NCBI GenBank assembly: GCA_964477765.1
Contig: CAYZFV010000166.1
Span: 1-43,169 of the forward strand
Length of the DNA: 43,169 bases
Source: an uncultured Candidatus Kuenenia sp.
GTDB taxonomy: Bacteria > Planctomycetota > Planctomycetia > Pirellulales > UBA1268
Reading direction: 5' to 3'
Shown here one piece after another: positions 1 through 8,944 of the stretch (positions within the stretch are counted from its first letter, which is position 1; each line of letters starts with the position of its first letter). Below the pieces are notes generated by a model. The model saw only the letters and a program-made list of their open reading frames with translations, was not told the DNA's origin and made no database searches. The position numbers and the translations under genes were made by a program.

Positions 1-12
1 TGGGGAAACAAC

Positions 13-76
13 AAGCACCGGGCGCGAGCCCGGTGGCTGTCTCCCGCAATAAGCACCGGGCGCGAGCCCGGTGGCT
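13..76 (+). repeat. Two tandem REP-like hairpin units, family A (13-38 and 51-76, 38-bp period)
   Basis: AAGCACCGGGCGCGAGCCCGGTGGCT occurs twice. It has a perfect 8-bp stem CACCGGGC/GCCCGGTG around a GCGA loop. The same unit recurs at least 8 more times in the window. Confidence 0.85.
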
Positions 77-105
77 TCTCTGGCAGAGCATCGGGTTTCT
101 GTAGG

Positions 106-1131
106 ATGTGTGAGATGCCCTCCGCGCCTGTAAACCGTGGTGACTTTCTCCTCGTGGCCTGCCAGGGAGGTGCCGAAGCGGCGTTAGGGAGTCGGCAGGA
201 AGCGGTTCTCCCACACATCGCCAAGGCCGCCTGGCGCCGAGGTGTGGTGACGTTTCGGCTCGGTGGCTTCGACCCGACCGACGACTTCTTCCCCGACCTC
301 ATTTTCGGCCGCACCTGCCTCCGCTCGCTCGGCCAGGTGACCGGAACCAGTGATGCCGAACGGGCCGCTGCCGGAGCCACGCTCATCGGCTCGGCTCTAT
401 GGGATGGCATTCATGTCTGGAGCCGCGACCCTCGCCAAGCCGTTGACGTGAATGCGATTCGTGCCGCCCTTTCCACCGCCTGCGGCTTCGCCGCTGCCGG
501 CCCGCCGATCGCCGCGCCGGGTGACCTCGTGCTCGACTGCATCGTCGACTCCCCCGATCGCTGGTGGATCGGCTGGCATCGGGCCGCCACGCCCCCAAGC
601 TGCTGGCCCGGTGGCGTCTATCCGGTGGCTCTTCCCGAGGGCAAGGTCTCACGGGCCTGGCTCAAGCTCGACGAGGCGATCGCGACCTTCGGCATCCCGT
701 TCCAGGCGGGCCAGCGGGTAATCGAACTGGGGGCCTCACCCGGCGGCGCCTGCCAGCGGCTCCTCGAGGCGGGGCTACAGGTTGTCGGCGTCGATCCCGC
801 GGTGGTCGACGAGCGGGTGAGCGATCATCCGCAGTTTGAACAGTGGCGGATGCGGGCCCGCGACGTGCGGCTCAAGGCGTTACGGGGGGTTCATTGGTTG
901 GTGGCCGACATGAATATCGACCCGACGAGCACGATGGAGTCGCTGGAGCGGGTTGTCACGACGCCCGGCGGCCGCGTGCAGGGAATCGTGGCCACTTTGA
1001 AGCTGCCCACATGGGAGCGGGCGGCCGATCTGCCCGGGTTTCTGGAGCAGTTTACAGCCTGGGGTTTTCGGCCCAACATGCGTCAGCTCTCGACTGGCGG
1101 TCGGGAAGTGTGTGTGTGGGCGGAGCGGTGA
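106..1131 (+). CDS. rlmM: RlmM-like / FtsJ-fold SAM-dependent rRNA ribose 2'-O-methyltransferase
   Basis: 341-aa ORF with AWLKLDEA, the SAM-binding loop VIELGASPGGACQRL, VADMNIDP and ATLKLP motifs in RlmM order. The start could be 106 or M4 at 115. Confidence 0.65.
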   Translation: MCEMPSAPVNRGDFLLVACQGGAEAALGSRQEAVLPHIAKAAWRRGVVTFRLGGFDPTDDFFPDLIFGRTCLRSLGQVTGTSDAERAAAGATLIGSALWDGIHVWSRDPRQAVDVNAIRAALSTACGFAAAGPPIAAPGDLVLDCIVDSPDRWWIGWHRAATPPSCWPGGVYPVALPEGKVSRAWLKLDEAIATFGIPFQAGQRVIELGASPGGACQRLLEAGLQVVGVDPAVVDERVSDHPQFEQWRMRARDVRLKALRGVHWLVADMNIDPTSTMESLERVVTTPGGRVQGIVATLKLPTWERAADLPGFLEQFTAWGFRPNMRQLSTGGREVCVWAER

Positions 1132-1885
1132 GACTGCCCGACATGATCCACCGCCGCCCGGTCGCCGTGTCGACGATAAGGCTGCCATCCACCGCGATGC
1201 CCGCGCAGACGCCCACGATCTGCTCCGCCCCGCGATACACGGTCACCGGCTGGCCCGTGAGCCCGCATCTCACGCGGTAGCGGTCCACCAGCACCTCCGG
1301 CACCGCGTGCATCTCCCGCACGAGCGCAAGAAATCGAGGCAGAAACTCCACGAGCAGATCGGCTCGCGGCAGGCTGCGGCCCGTCAGATCGGGAAGGGTC
1401 GTGAGGCGATCGCGAAGCGTGGCCGGCGCATCGGCGATAGAGCCGGTCGTATTCACACCGATGCCGAGAATCGTCCGGCCGGCGGGGGCCGTCTCCAGGA
1501 GGATGCCGGCGATTTTCCGGCCACCCACGGTGAGATCGTTGGGCCACTTGACCCGCGGCTCGACTGTCGGCTCGAGGGTGGTGATCGCCTCGGTAAGTGC
1601 AAGGCCGCAGGCGAGCGACCAGGTCGATTGCACCGGCACGCCGACTGCCCGGTCGTCGACCACGATGCTCACCGCGAGGCTGCCTTCGGCCTGCCACCAA
1701 GCCGCTCCCTGGCGGCCGCGGCCGGCAGTCTGTCGATCGGCCATCACGACGGCGGGCAGCGCGGCGGCGGCATCTGCCGCCAGTTCCCGTGCCCGCTCCA
1801 TGGTGGAGGCGATCTGTGGGTGCACCTCCACGGTGGCGAAGCCAGCGCGGTCGCGGAGGGCGGCGGTTTCGGTGGGGTCGGGCAT
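1052..1885 (-). CDS. birA: Biotin--[acetyl-CoA-carboxylase] ligase, group I (no N-terminal HTH)
   Basis: 277-aa ORF with QTAGRGRQGAAW, WPNDL and KIAGILLE motifs. The catalytic domain starts almost at the N-terminus. The last ~25 aa are an extension read through the antisense of the rlmM 3' end (80-nt convergent overlap). Confidence 0.85.
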   Translation of the reverse strand: MPDPTETAALRDRAGFATVEVHPQIASTMERARELAADAAAALPAVVMADRQTAGRGRQGAAWWQAEGSLAVSIVVDDRAVGVPVQSTWSLACGLALTEAITTLEPTVEPRVKWPNDLTVGGRKIAGILLETAPAGRTILGIGVNTTGSIADAPATLRDRLTTLPDLTGRSLPRADLLVEFLPRFLALVREMHAVPEVLVDRYRVRCGLTGQPVTVYRGAEQIVGVCAGIAVDGSLIVDTATGRRWIMSGSLTAPPTHTLPDRQSRADACWAENPRL

Positions 1886-1888
1886 ACA

Positions 1889-1965
1889 CTTCAGCCTGTC
1901 ATCAATTTGCGACAGGCTGAAGCCTGTCCTACTTTTTGTGGCAGGCTGAAGCCTGCCCTACTTTT
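1889..1965 (+). repeat. Cluster of family-1 hairpin repeats (one half-unit plus two full units)
   Basis: CTTCAGCCTGTC (1889-1900) is the exact reverse complement of GACAGGCTGAAG (1911-1922). The units GACAGGCTGAAGCCTGTCCTACTTTTT (1911-1937) and GGCAGGCTGAAGCCTGCCCTACTTTT (1940-1965) each fold as a 7-bp stem with a TGAA loop. Confidence 0.85.
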
Positions 1966-2078
1966 CCCATTTTGCGCGGTCTGTCGCGTCGGGGGCATCC
2001 GTCTTCCCGCGACCTTGCCCCGGGATCGGCTGGCTTGGTACTTCCCACCTCTTAGATCCTTGCCGCCACGGCATTTCG

Positions 2079-3263
2079 ATGCGCCCCCTCTGCATTCTGC
2101 TCGCGACGATCCTCGCCGCGCTGGTCGCTGCCCGCGGAGCGTCTGCGCAGACAGCCGCGCTGCCGAGCCCCGCGGCGTCGCAGCTCGATCGCGTGGTGCC
2201 CGTGCAGTATGGCGCACCGATCTCACCGCCTCCGCCGGCATGGGATCCCTACGCGCCGCAGGCGGGCCAGACGTTTGCGATGCCGGCCGCCAATCCCACG
2301 CCGTCGTGGGCTCCATCGGCTGTCAGCGGCCAGCCGGGTTACCCCGGGTATTCGACCGTCCCCAACACACAGATTCCCCAGATCGCGCCCGACATGGGCA
2401 CAGCCGGCAACTCCCTCACGCAAAGCCCCAGCTTCCAGCAGACGATGCGGCTCTATCAGGGAGCTCGCGGCAGCTGGGCCTATCTCTTTGGCAACGGCAC
2501 GGGCCGCCAGCTCGGCGTCAACGAGCTCGACACCTCGGCCACGTTTGCACTGCCCTTCTTCTTCAACTCCCCTGCCAATCTCAACAAGGCGCCGCTGCTC
2601 ATCACGCCCGGCTTCGGCCTGCAGCTGTGGGACGGACCGCAGACGACTGCCGCCAACAACTTCGTCGAGCTGCCCGCCAATACGTACGACGTGTTCATCG
2701 ACACCGCCTGGAACCCGCAGTTCACGCCGCTGTTCGGTGCCGAGCTCGGTATTCGCGTCGGCATCTATACCAACTGGGACGAACTCGTCTGGCAGAGCTG
2801 GCGACTCATGGGCCGCGCGATTGGCACGCTCAATCTCACGCCCCAGTGGCAGGGGAAGGTGGGCATCGTCTATCTCGACCGCAACCAGGTGAAGCTGCTA
2901 CCGGCCGTCGGTGCCACCTGGGTGCCCAATCCGAATTCCCGCTACGACATCTTCTTCCCGGCCCCGAAGGCGGCCTGGCGGTTTACGCAGTGGCGGAATC
3001 GGTCGGTCTGGGGCTTCATCGCCGGCGAATACGGCGGCGGCGCCTGGACATTCAACCAGTCGGGCAATGCCGGTGTGACGGAGTTTGACTACAACGACGT
3101 GCGGGTGTCGCTCGGCACGGAAATGGTGCCGGTCACGGGACGGGGCTTGGCGGGCAGCTTCGAGGTGGGGTATGTGTTTGCCCGCAACGTCTATCTCGTG
3201 GACGGGGCACGAAACCTCAACCTCAACGACACGCTGATGCTGCGATTGGGTCTGGCGTACTAG
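2079..3263 (+). CDS. Secreted, probable outer-membrane beta-barrel protein (paralog 1)
   Basis: Signal peptide MRPLCILLATILAALVAARGASA, a Pro-rich linker, and a C-terminus LRLGLAY ending in an aromatic residue. It shares blocks with the next ORF (LLITPGFG/LLLTPGFG; IVYLDRNQVKLLPAVG/VIYLDRYDVNILPAGG; DIFFPAPKAAWRF/ELIFPRPRLAWRG). It may belong to the BBP7/DUF1551 family (from memory, unverified). Confidence 0.6.
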   Translation: MRPLCILLATILAALVAARGASAQTAALPSPAASQLDRVVPVQYGAPISPPPPAWDPYAPQAGQTFAMPAANPTPSWAPSAVSGQPGYPGYSTVPNTQIPQIAPDMGTAGNSLTQSPSFQQTMRLYQGARGSWAYLFGNGTGRQLGVNELDTSATFALPFFFNSPANLNKAPLLITPGFGLQLWDGPQTTAANNFVELPANTYDVFIDTAWNPQFTPLFGAELGIRVGIYTNWDELVWQSWRLMGRAIGTLNLTPQWQGKVGIVYLDRNQVKLLPAVGATWVPNPNSRYDIFFPAPKAAWRFTQWRNRSVWGFIAGEYGGGAWTFNQSGNAGVTEFDYNDVRVSLGTEMVPVTGRGLAGSFEVGYVFARNVYLVDGARNLNLNDTLMLRLGLAY

Positions 3264-3378
3264 CGTCACGTCCGCAGGGCCGTCCATGGCCCCTGCGGGC
3301 TCGCCGGCCTCCGGCCGGAAGGGGGCGTCGCATCCGGCGACGCAGTCCAAGGTTGTGGAAATCCCAAGCGAACCTTCC

Positions 3379-4407
3379 ATGCAACGGGTGCTCCTCTCGA
3401 TCATCGTGGCGGTGGGGATGACGTTCCCAGCCCGGGCCGATGACTCGCCCGTTTCCTTGCCGCCGGTCGACGCGTCGTTCTTCAGCCGCATTCGGCTGGC
3501 GGCCCTCGGTGATCCGCAGGATCTCACCGAGCCGCTCCTGCCCGACGATGTCGCCCCGCCGGGGCAGCCGCCGCAGGAATTTGAGCCACCCGCCGGTCGC
3601 AAGCTGCCGCCGGGCGCGAAGCCCGGCCCGCTCCAGCAGGCGATCTTCACCCTCACCGAACTCCCCCGGCTCGGCTCCGAGGGCCTTGGCCTGCTCGCGC
3701 TCGACACGAGCCTCACGATCGGCATGCGGGCCCCCACGGTCGATTCGCCGCTCCTCCTCACGCCCGGCTTCGGCACGACGTTTATCGATGAGGTGAGCGG
3801 CCCGATGGATCCCGGGCTGCCCTCGCAGTTCTACGAATCGTGGCTCCAGGCCCGGTGGCTTTCGAAGATCGGTGAGCGGTTCGGGGTCGATCTGGCGGTG
3901 GCCCCGGGCTGGTACAGCGACTTCGTCAATGATTCAGCCCAGGCCTTTCGCATCACCGGCCACGGCTTCGGGGCCTGGGAGGCGCGGGAGGATCTTCGCG
4001 TGGTGGCCGGCGTGATCTACCTCGATCGCTACGACGTCAACATCCTGCCGGCCGGTGGCCTGCTCTGGACGCCGGCCGACGATCGTCGATTCGAGCTGAT
4101 CTTTCCCCGGCCGCGGCTCGCCTGGCGGGGGAAGGAGACCGAGCGGGCCGCCCAGTGGCTCTATCTGGCCGGTGAGTTTGGTGGCAACCAGTGGGCGGTG
4201 CGGCGCGACAGCGGTGCCGACGACGTCGTGGTCTACCACGACTACCGGCTGCTCTTCGGCTGGGAGCGGCGACCGGCCGATCTGGGCGTCAACTGGCGGG
4301 TGGAGACAGGCTGGGTGACCGGCCGGCTCGTGGAGTACTACATCACTGATACAGCCGACTACCGCCCGAGCGACACGTTTCTCGTCCGCGGCGGCGTGTG
4401 GTATTGA
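3379..4407 (+). CDS. Secreted, probable outer-membrane beta-barrel protein (paralog 2)
   Basis: The ORF track starts at 3286. The internal ATG at 3379 gives the signal peptide MQRVLLSIIVAVGMTFPARA. The C-terminus is VRGGVWY. Paralogous blocks with 2079-3263. Confidence 0.6.
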   Translation: MQRVLLSIIVAVGMTFPARADDSPVSLPPVDASFFSRIRLAALGDPQDLTEPLLPDDVAPPGQPPQEFEPPAGRKLPPGAKPGPLQQAIFTLTELPRLGSEGLGLLALDTSLTIGMRAPTVDSPLLLTPGFGTTFIDEVSGPMDPGLPSQFYESWLQARWLSKIGERFGVDLAVAPGWYSDFVNDSAQAFRITGHGFGAWEAREDLRVVAGVIYLDRYDVNILPAGGLLWTPADDRRFELIFPRPRLAWRGKETERAAQWLYLAGEFGGNQWAVRRDSGADDVVVYHDYRLLFGWERRPADLGVNWRVETGWVTGRLVEYYITDTADYRPSDTFLVRGGVWY

Positions 4408-4420
4408 TCCCGTCCCGCCA

Positions 4421-5038
4421 CTACTCCGCCGCAAGCTCCACAAAGCCCGTCTCGGGGATCCCGGCGCCGACAGCCACGCCAAGCCTCATATCGCTGTTCG
4501 CACGCTCTGGCAGCGGCTTGCCGTCGTTGCCCGTGCCGGTGATCTCCACGCGATAGAGCCCGCAGTTCACGCCCGAATACCGTGCGTCGGGAATCGTCAT
4601 GGCCACCACGCCATCGGCATCGGTCGTGCCCTCCGCCGCCTTCACGTCGCCCCCCATGAAGGGCTCCGGCACGAGCCGCACCACCGCCCCGGCAAGCGGC
4701 CGGCCTCGGTGGGTCGCGATCACCTCCAGCGGATTGATCGCCACCCGCGAATCACGCACCGCCTCGAGCCACGTGAGGAGTTCCTCCCGGCCCACGCCCC
4801 CGTCGCCGTCGGCATCAAACCGGCTCGCGGCTGCGGCGATCGCCGGCACAGTCTGCTGCTCGGCCGCCCGCAGGATGCCGTCGCCATCGGCGTCGGCCTG
4901 GCTGAAAACCGCCTCCACGATCGCCGCCGGATTGACCCGCGGTGCGGGCACCCGGGCCGGACGGCTGCTGCAGCCGGCGAGTGAGCCGACGAGGAGGGCG
5001 AAGGCAAGGCGAGCAGGGAAGGGTGGGTGAGCGGGCAT
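4421..5038 (-). CDS. Lipoprotein with two EF-hand Ca-binding loops
   Basis: Lipobox LVGSLAG-C, followed by canonical 12-residue loops DADGDGILRAAE and DADGDGGVGREE. Confidence 0.7.
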   Translation of the reverse strand: MPAHPPFPARLAFALLVGSLAGCSSRPARVPAPRVNPAAIVEAVFSQADADGDGILRAAEQQTVPAIAAAASRFDADGDGGVGREELLTWLEAVRDSRVAINPLEVIATHRGRPLAGAVVRLVPEPFMGGDVKAAEGTTDADGVVAMTIPDARYSGVNCGLYRVEITGTGNDGKPLPERANSDMRLGVAVGAGIPETGFVELAAE

Positions 5039-5064
5039 AGGAGACCTCGTTCGTGTTTTCGAGA

Positions 5065-5090
5065 GACATGCTGAAGCCTGTCCTACTTTT
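5065..5090 (+). repeat. Family-1 hairpin repeat abutting a stop codon
   Basis: GACATGCTGAAGCCTGTCCTACTTTT matches unit 1911-1936 at 25/26 positions. The CTA at 5083-5085 is the TAG stop of the minus-strand gene 5083-7665. Confidence 0.8.
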
Positions 5091-7665
5091 CAAAAAACAA
5101 TTTGCTCCGGGCGATCTCGTGGATGAGCGACCGGATGCCGTGGCCGGTGTCGGCCGTGGCGGCCACGATGCGGTCGATCTCGGCGCGGTCGGCAAACAAC
5201 GGCTCGGCGCCCGTTGCATACATCACCATCTGGGTGACAAACGCCCGCGCGAGCCGCTCAGGCTGGCTCGCAAGGATCGCGCGAAACGCCTCAAACCCAT
5301 CAAACGACCCACCGTCGGGCATCATGCCAGAGGCGTCAACGGCCGCGGCGAGTCGAAACCGTGGCTGGCTGCCGTCGAAGAGTAACTCTGTGGCTGCCGC
5401 GCCCTGGCGGCGCGAACGATACCGCTCCCGCCAGCCGCCGATCACGTCAAACGACTCCAAGGCGTAGCCGGGAGGGTCGATGGAGCGATGGCAGGTGGCG
5501 CAGGCCGCGTCGGCCTGATGCCGCAGGAGCAGCTCACGAATGGTCGTGGCCCCGGCCGTATCGGGCTCGACCGCCGGCACCGCCGGTGGTGGCGGAGGCA
5601 CCTCCTCACCGAGAATCCGTTCGGTCACGAACACACCGCGAACCACCGGCGACGTCGTCGTGCCATTGGCGGTTACCTTGAGCACCGCCCCCTGCGTGAG
5701 CACGCCGCCGCGATGGCTCTCCGGTGGCAATGCCACCCGCCGGATCCCGCTGCCCGTCACCTTCTCGACGTTGCCGGTGAGGCCATAGTGCTGGGCCAGT
5801 CGCTCGTTGAGCATGGCAAACTCGGTCTTCACCAGGCTCGTAATCGGCTGGTTGGTGTCGACCAGCTCACGGAAAAATGCCCGGCTCTCGGCCAGCAGCG
5901 AATTTTTCAGGTAGCCCTGCTGAAACTCCGGATACAAAAATCGGTCGGGGTCGGTGTCGTTGATGTCGGCGAGCTTGAGCCACTGGTTTGTGAAGTCGGT
6001 GATGAATCGGTCCGACCGTGGGTCGGCGAGCAGGCGATCGATCTGGGCGGCCACCGCGTCGGCATCACCCAGGCCGTCGGTGGCGGCGATCGCGAGCAGG
6101 GCGTCGTCCGGCGGGCCGTTCCAGAGCCAGAGGGCCAGCCGCGTGGCGATGGCATGCGAGTCGAGTCGCCCCGGAGCTTCTTGCCGAAACAAAAACTGCG
6201 GTGCGGTGAGCACGGCCCGATAGGCCTGCCGCATCGCCTCCTCGAAGCCGTCGCCGGCAACGAGGCGATCCGAGGCGATCTTCAGGTATGGATCGATCTC
6301 CCCGGCAGTGATCGGGCGGCGAAAGGCCCGCGGCAGAAACGCCTCCAGGAGTCGCCGGGCAGCGGCCGGCGGATCGTCGCTGAAGACCGTCTCGAGCGGC
6401 CGCTTCCATTCCTCCCGGGGCAGGTCTTTCTTCTGCGGCGAGGTCCAGTTGGCCAGCCGCAGTGGCCGCCGCCGAGGCGGGCGGCTGACTGAGTCAGGAG
6501 GCAGCGGCCTGATCGGCAGGTCGCCGAACAGCCGGCGATGGCTTTCGGGAGGCCATGCGTCATGCAGCGGGCCTTCGATCTCGATCCAGTCGATCGCAAT
6601 CCCGGTGCGCTGATCACGAGGCCTGCGGGAGGTGAGCGACGCGACATCGAAGAGGGGCGGGGCGGGGCCCATCAGCCAGGCCTCGACTTCATGCACGAGC
6701 GGCTCACCCGGCGGGGCGTCGAGATATCGCGATCTGCCGTCGCCAGGATCAAGCGATGCCACCTCGGTCTTCGGTGACGGTTCGATACGGCCCTTGTTCC
6801 AGACAAAACTCCACACGGGCAACCGCACGCGATAGCGGCCAGGAAAGGGGGGCGTGAAGCTGACAAACTTTTCATGGCCACCAAAGTTGGGCGTGAAGAA
6901 GCCCACGGTCGCCCCCTCCGCCAAGGCGGCCGTCGCGAGCGCAGGGTCGAGTGGCGGATCGTCCGGATCCTTGCGGCCATCGCCATACCAGCGGGATTCC
7001 GGCTGACCGTTGCGGAGCAAGACCGCCGCCCCGCTTTGCAGGTTCTGCCGAAACTTGAGCATCGTCGCCAGATCAAACCGTTTCACCAGCACCGGCGGCG
7101 GCTCGGACCGGGTGGCGATCGCCATGTCGAGCGCCCGGTCGGCAGCGGCGAGGTATTGCCGAATCTGGATGGAGGAGAGGTCGAGGCCGTCGCCGAGCTT
7201 GTCGAAGCCGTGGCGGGCGCCGTCTTCCGGGAGAAGTGCGAGCACGTCGAGCGCCGGCACGGCGAGCACTTCCCGCAGGGCGTTTTCATACTCACTGGCG
7301 GTCAGTCGACGCAGCGGAGCCCGGCCCTCCGCTCGCACGCGGTCGCGATCCGCCGCGGTCATCCACTCTGCCAGCCCGGCGATAAACGCCTGCTGGTCTG
7401 CCACTGGCGGCCGGGGCTCTTCCTCCGGCGGCATTTCCCCTCTCGCAATCCGGTCGTGAATCCGCAGCCACCGCTCCCGGGCATCGCGATCGGAGAGATC
7501 CCGCGGCAGGGCCACGAGATCGAGCCCCCCTTCGCCACCAGGCCCGGTATGACACGCCAGACAATGCTCGTTGAGAAACAGCTCATGCACCGGTGCGGCT
7601 GCCGCATGCAAGCCGGCGGCCGTGAAGGCCCAGGCGGTGCAGCTGAAAATCAATCCTCGCTTCAT
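5083..7665 (-). CDS. Planctomycete PSD-type protein (DUF1587/1592/1595/1588/1585-like architecture) with heme-c CxxCH motif
   Basis: CLACH sits near the N-terminus and CATCHRSIDPPGYALESFD near the C-terminus. A start at 7665 gives the signal peptide MKRGLIFSCTAWAFTAAGLHAAAAP and an ATGA overlap with the upstream stop (7662-7665). Confidence 0.8.
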   Translation of the reverse strand: MKRGLIFSCTAWAFTAAGLHAAAAPVHELFLNEHCLACHTGPGGEGGLDLVALPRDLSDRDARERWLRIHDRIARGEMPPEEEPRPPVADQQAFIAGLAEWMTAADRDRVRAEGRAPLRRLTASEYENALREVLAVPALDVLALLPEDGARHGFDKLGDGLDLSSIQIRQYLAAADRALDMAIATRSEPPPVLVKRFDLATMLKFRQNLQSGAAVLLRNGQPESRWYGDGRKDPDDPPLDPALATAALAEGATVGFFTPNFGGHEKFVSFTPPFPGRYRVRLPVWSFVWNKGRIEPSPKTEVASLDPGDGRSRYLDAPPGEPLVHEVEAWLMGPAPPLFDVASLTSRRPRDQRTGIAIDWIEIEGPLHDAWPPESHRRLFGDLPIRPLPPDSVSRPPRRRPLRLANWTSPQKKDLPREEWKRPLETVFSDDPPAAARRLLEAFLPRAFRRPITAGEIDPYLKIASDRLVAGDGFEEAMRQAYRAVLTAPQFLFRQEAPGRLDSHAIATRLALWLWNGPPDDALLAIAATDGLGDADAVAAQIDRLLADPRSDRFITDFTNQWLKLADINDTDPDRFLYPEFQQGYLKNSLLAESRAFFRELVDTNQPITSLVKTEFAMLNERLAQHYGLTGNVEKVTGSGIRRVALPPESHRGGVLTQGAVLKVTANGTTTSPVVRGVFVTERILGEEVPPPPPAVPAVEPDTAGATTIRELLLRHQADAACATCHRSIDPPGYALESFDVIGGWRERYRSRRQGAAATELLFDGSQPRFRLAAAVDASGMMPDGGSFDGFEAFRAILASQPERLARAFVTQMVMYATGAEPLFADRAEIDRIVAATADTGHGIRSLIHEIARSKLFFEK

Positions 7666-8942
7666 GCGTCGAGCCCCGTGAGCGTACCGCTGCTCGATCC
7701 GAAGGCGTCGGTCTCGATTCCAAACCGCTGCAGCATCGACACAAACAGATTGCACAGCGGCGTGTTGTTGTGGCGGTCGAAGGCCAGGTGCCGGCCGTGC
7801 TTGAAGCCGCCTCCGGCCAGGAGGATCGGCAGGTTGGTGGGGTCGTGGGAGTTGGCATTGCTGAGGTTCGAGCCGAAGAGCACCGCCGTGTGATCGAGGA
7901 GGGTGCCGCCCGCCTCGGCCGTGGCGTCGAGGCCATCGAGCAGCCTCGCCAGCGACCGAAACAGGATCTGCTCGATGATCTCGAGGTCGGCGAGTTTTTC
8001 GGGGTCGCCGCCGTGGTGTGTGAGGCCGTGGGTCTCGCCGGAGACGCCGGGGATCTTGGGCACGACCCGCAGCGGGCCGAGGTAGAGGCTCACCACCCGC
8101 GTGCTGTCGGTCTCCAAGGCCAGCCGCGTGAGGTCATACATCAGATCGGTCTGGCTGCCGATCTCCGCCGGCTCGGGGAGCACCCGTGGCAGGGTGAGAT
8201 CGATCATCGGCTTGGCAGTCTGTTCCCAGGCCTGCGCGGCGACCAGCTGGCCTTCCAGTTCGCGGACGCTCGTGCAGTATTGATCGAGCCGCGCTCGATC
8301 GCTCGCCGGAAGGCCCGCGGTGAGCCGCCGGGCGTCGTCGAGCACGGTGTCGAGAATGCTCGCGCCTTTGCCGAGGTCGTCGATTCGGGCGGCCACCTCC
8401 TCGGGTGTCCCCTGCACAAACAGCCGCTTGTAGAGGGCAGCCGGATCGTCCTCGGGCGGAATCGGCACGCCATCCCGGGTCGTCGAGGGGAGGCCGACAT
8501 CGGGCTTGCCCACGAGGAGCACGAGCGACGGCTCCCGCGTCTTCGCGCCCACGTGTTCCGCGGCCAGCTGGTCGACCGAGATCCCACCCCGATAGCTCCC
8601 TCGGCCGGGATTCGGCACGGCGTTCAAGAAACTCTTCTCCGTCGCATGGGCCCCAGCGACACCCGGGTGGGAGAGGCCGCTGAAAACCGTGAACTTGTCC
8701 CGCTGCTGCTCGAGCAAGGCGAGATAGGGCGACAGCCCATAGGCACTTCCCGCGGCTTCCGGGAAGAAATTCTTCGGGATCACGCCCATGTTGGACATGA
8801 TGAAGACCATCCGCCGGGGCGGGGCGGCCGGAGAGGCGGCGGCGGTCGCGATGCGGGCCCGGGGGACAAGCGCTTCGAGAAAGGGCAGGGCGACAACCGC
8901 CCCGGAGCCGCGGAGAAAGGTGCGACGTCTCATAGTTATCAC
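7662..8942 (-). CDS. DUF1552-family protein with Tat-type signal
   Basis: MRRRTFLRGSGAVVALPFL signal, a FVFIMSNMGV-like block and SGLSHPGVAGAHATEKSFL. It is the usual partner of DUF1592 proteins. Confidence 0.75.
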   Translation of the reverse strand: MITMRRRTFLRGSGAVVALPFLEALVPRARIATAAASPAAPPRRMVFIMSNMGVIPKNFFPEAAGSAYGLSPYLALLEQQRDKFTVFSGLSHPGVAGAHATEKSFLNAVPNPGRGSYRGGISVDQLAAEHVGAKTREPSLVLLVGKPDVGLPSTTRDGVPIPPEDDPAALYKRLFVQGTPEEVAARIDDLGKGASILDTVLDDARRLTAGLPASDRARLDQYCTSVRELEGQLVAAQAWEQTAKPMIDLTLPRVLPEPAEIGSQTDLMYDLTRLALETDSTRVVSLYLGPLRVVPKIPGVSGETHGLTHHGGDPEKLADLEIIEQILFRSLARLLDGLDATAEAGGTLLDHTAVLFGSNLSNANSHDPTNLPILLAGGGFKHGRHLAFDRHNNTPLCNLFVSMLQRFGIETDAFGSSSGTLTGLDA

Positions 8943-8944
8943 GT

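Noticed and set aside
1889-1965. The inverted repeats upstream of birA as a BirA (bioO-like) operator.
   Set aside because: This BirA lacks the N-terminal winged-HTH domain (group I ligase). The same repeat also occurs at unrelated gene junctions (5065, 12557).
1112-3088. A 658-aa plus-strand ORF spanning birA and the first OMP-like gene. Similar long shadow ORFs include 7770-9023, 12515-13951, 14113-16647, 24423-25781, 26847-28040, 33908-35293, 35973-37094, 40513-41418 and 42360-43121.
   Set aside because: These are Arg/Pro/Gly/Ala-rich low-complexity translations antisense to, or out of frame with, genes that have clear family motifs. Such stop-poor shadow frames are typical of high-GC DNA.
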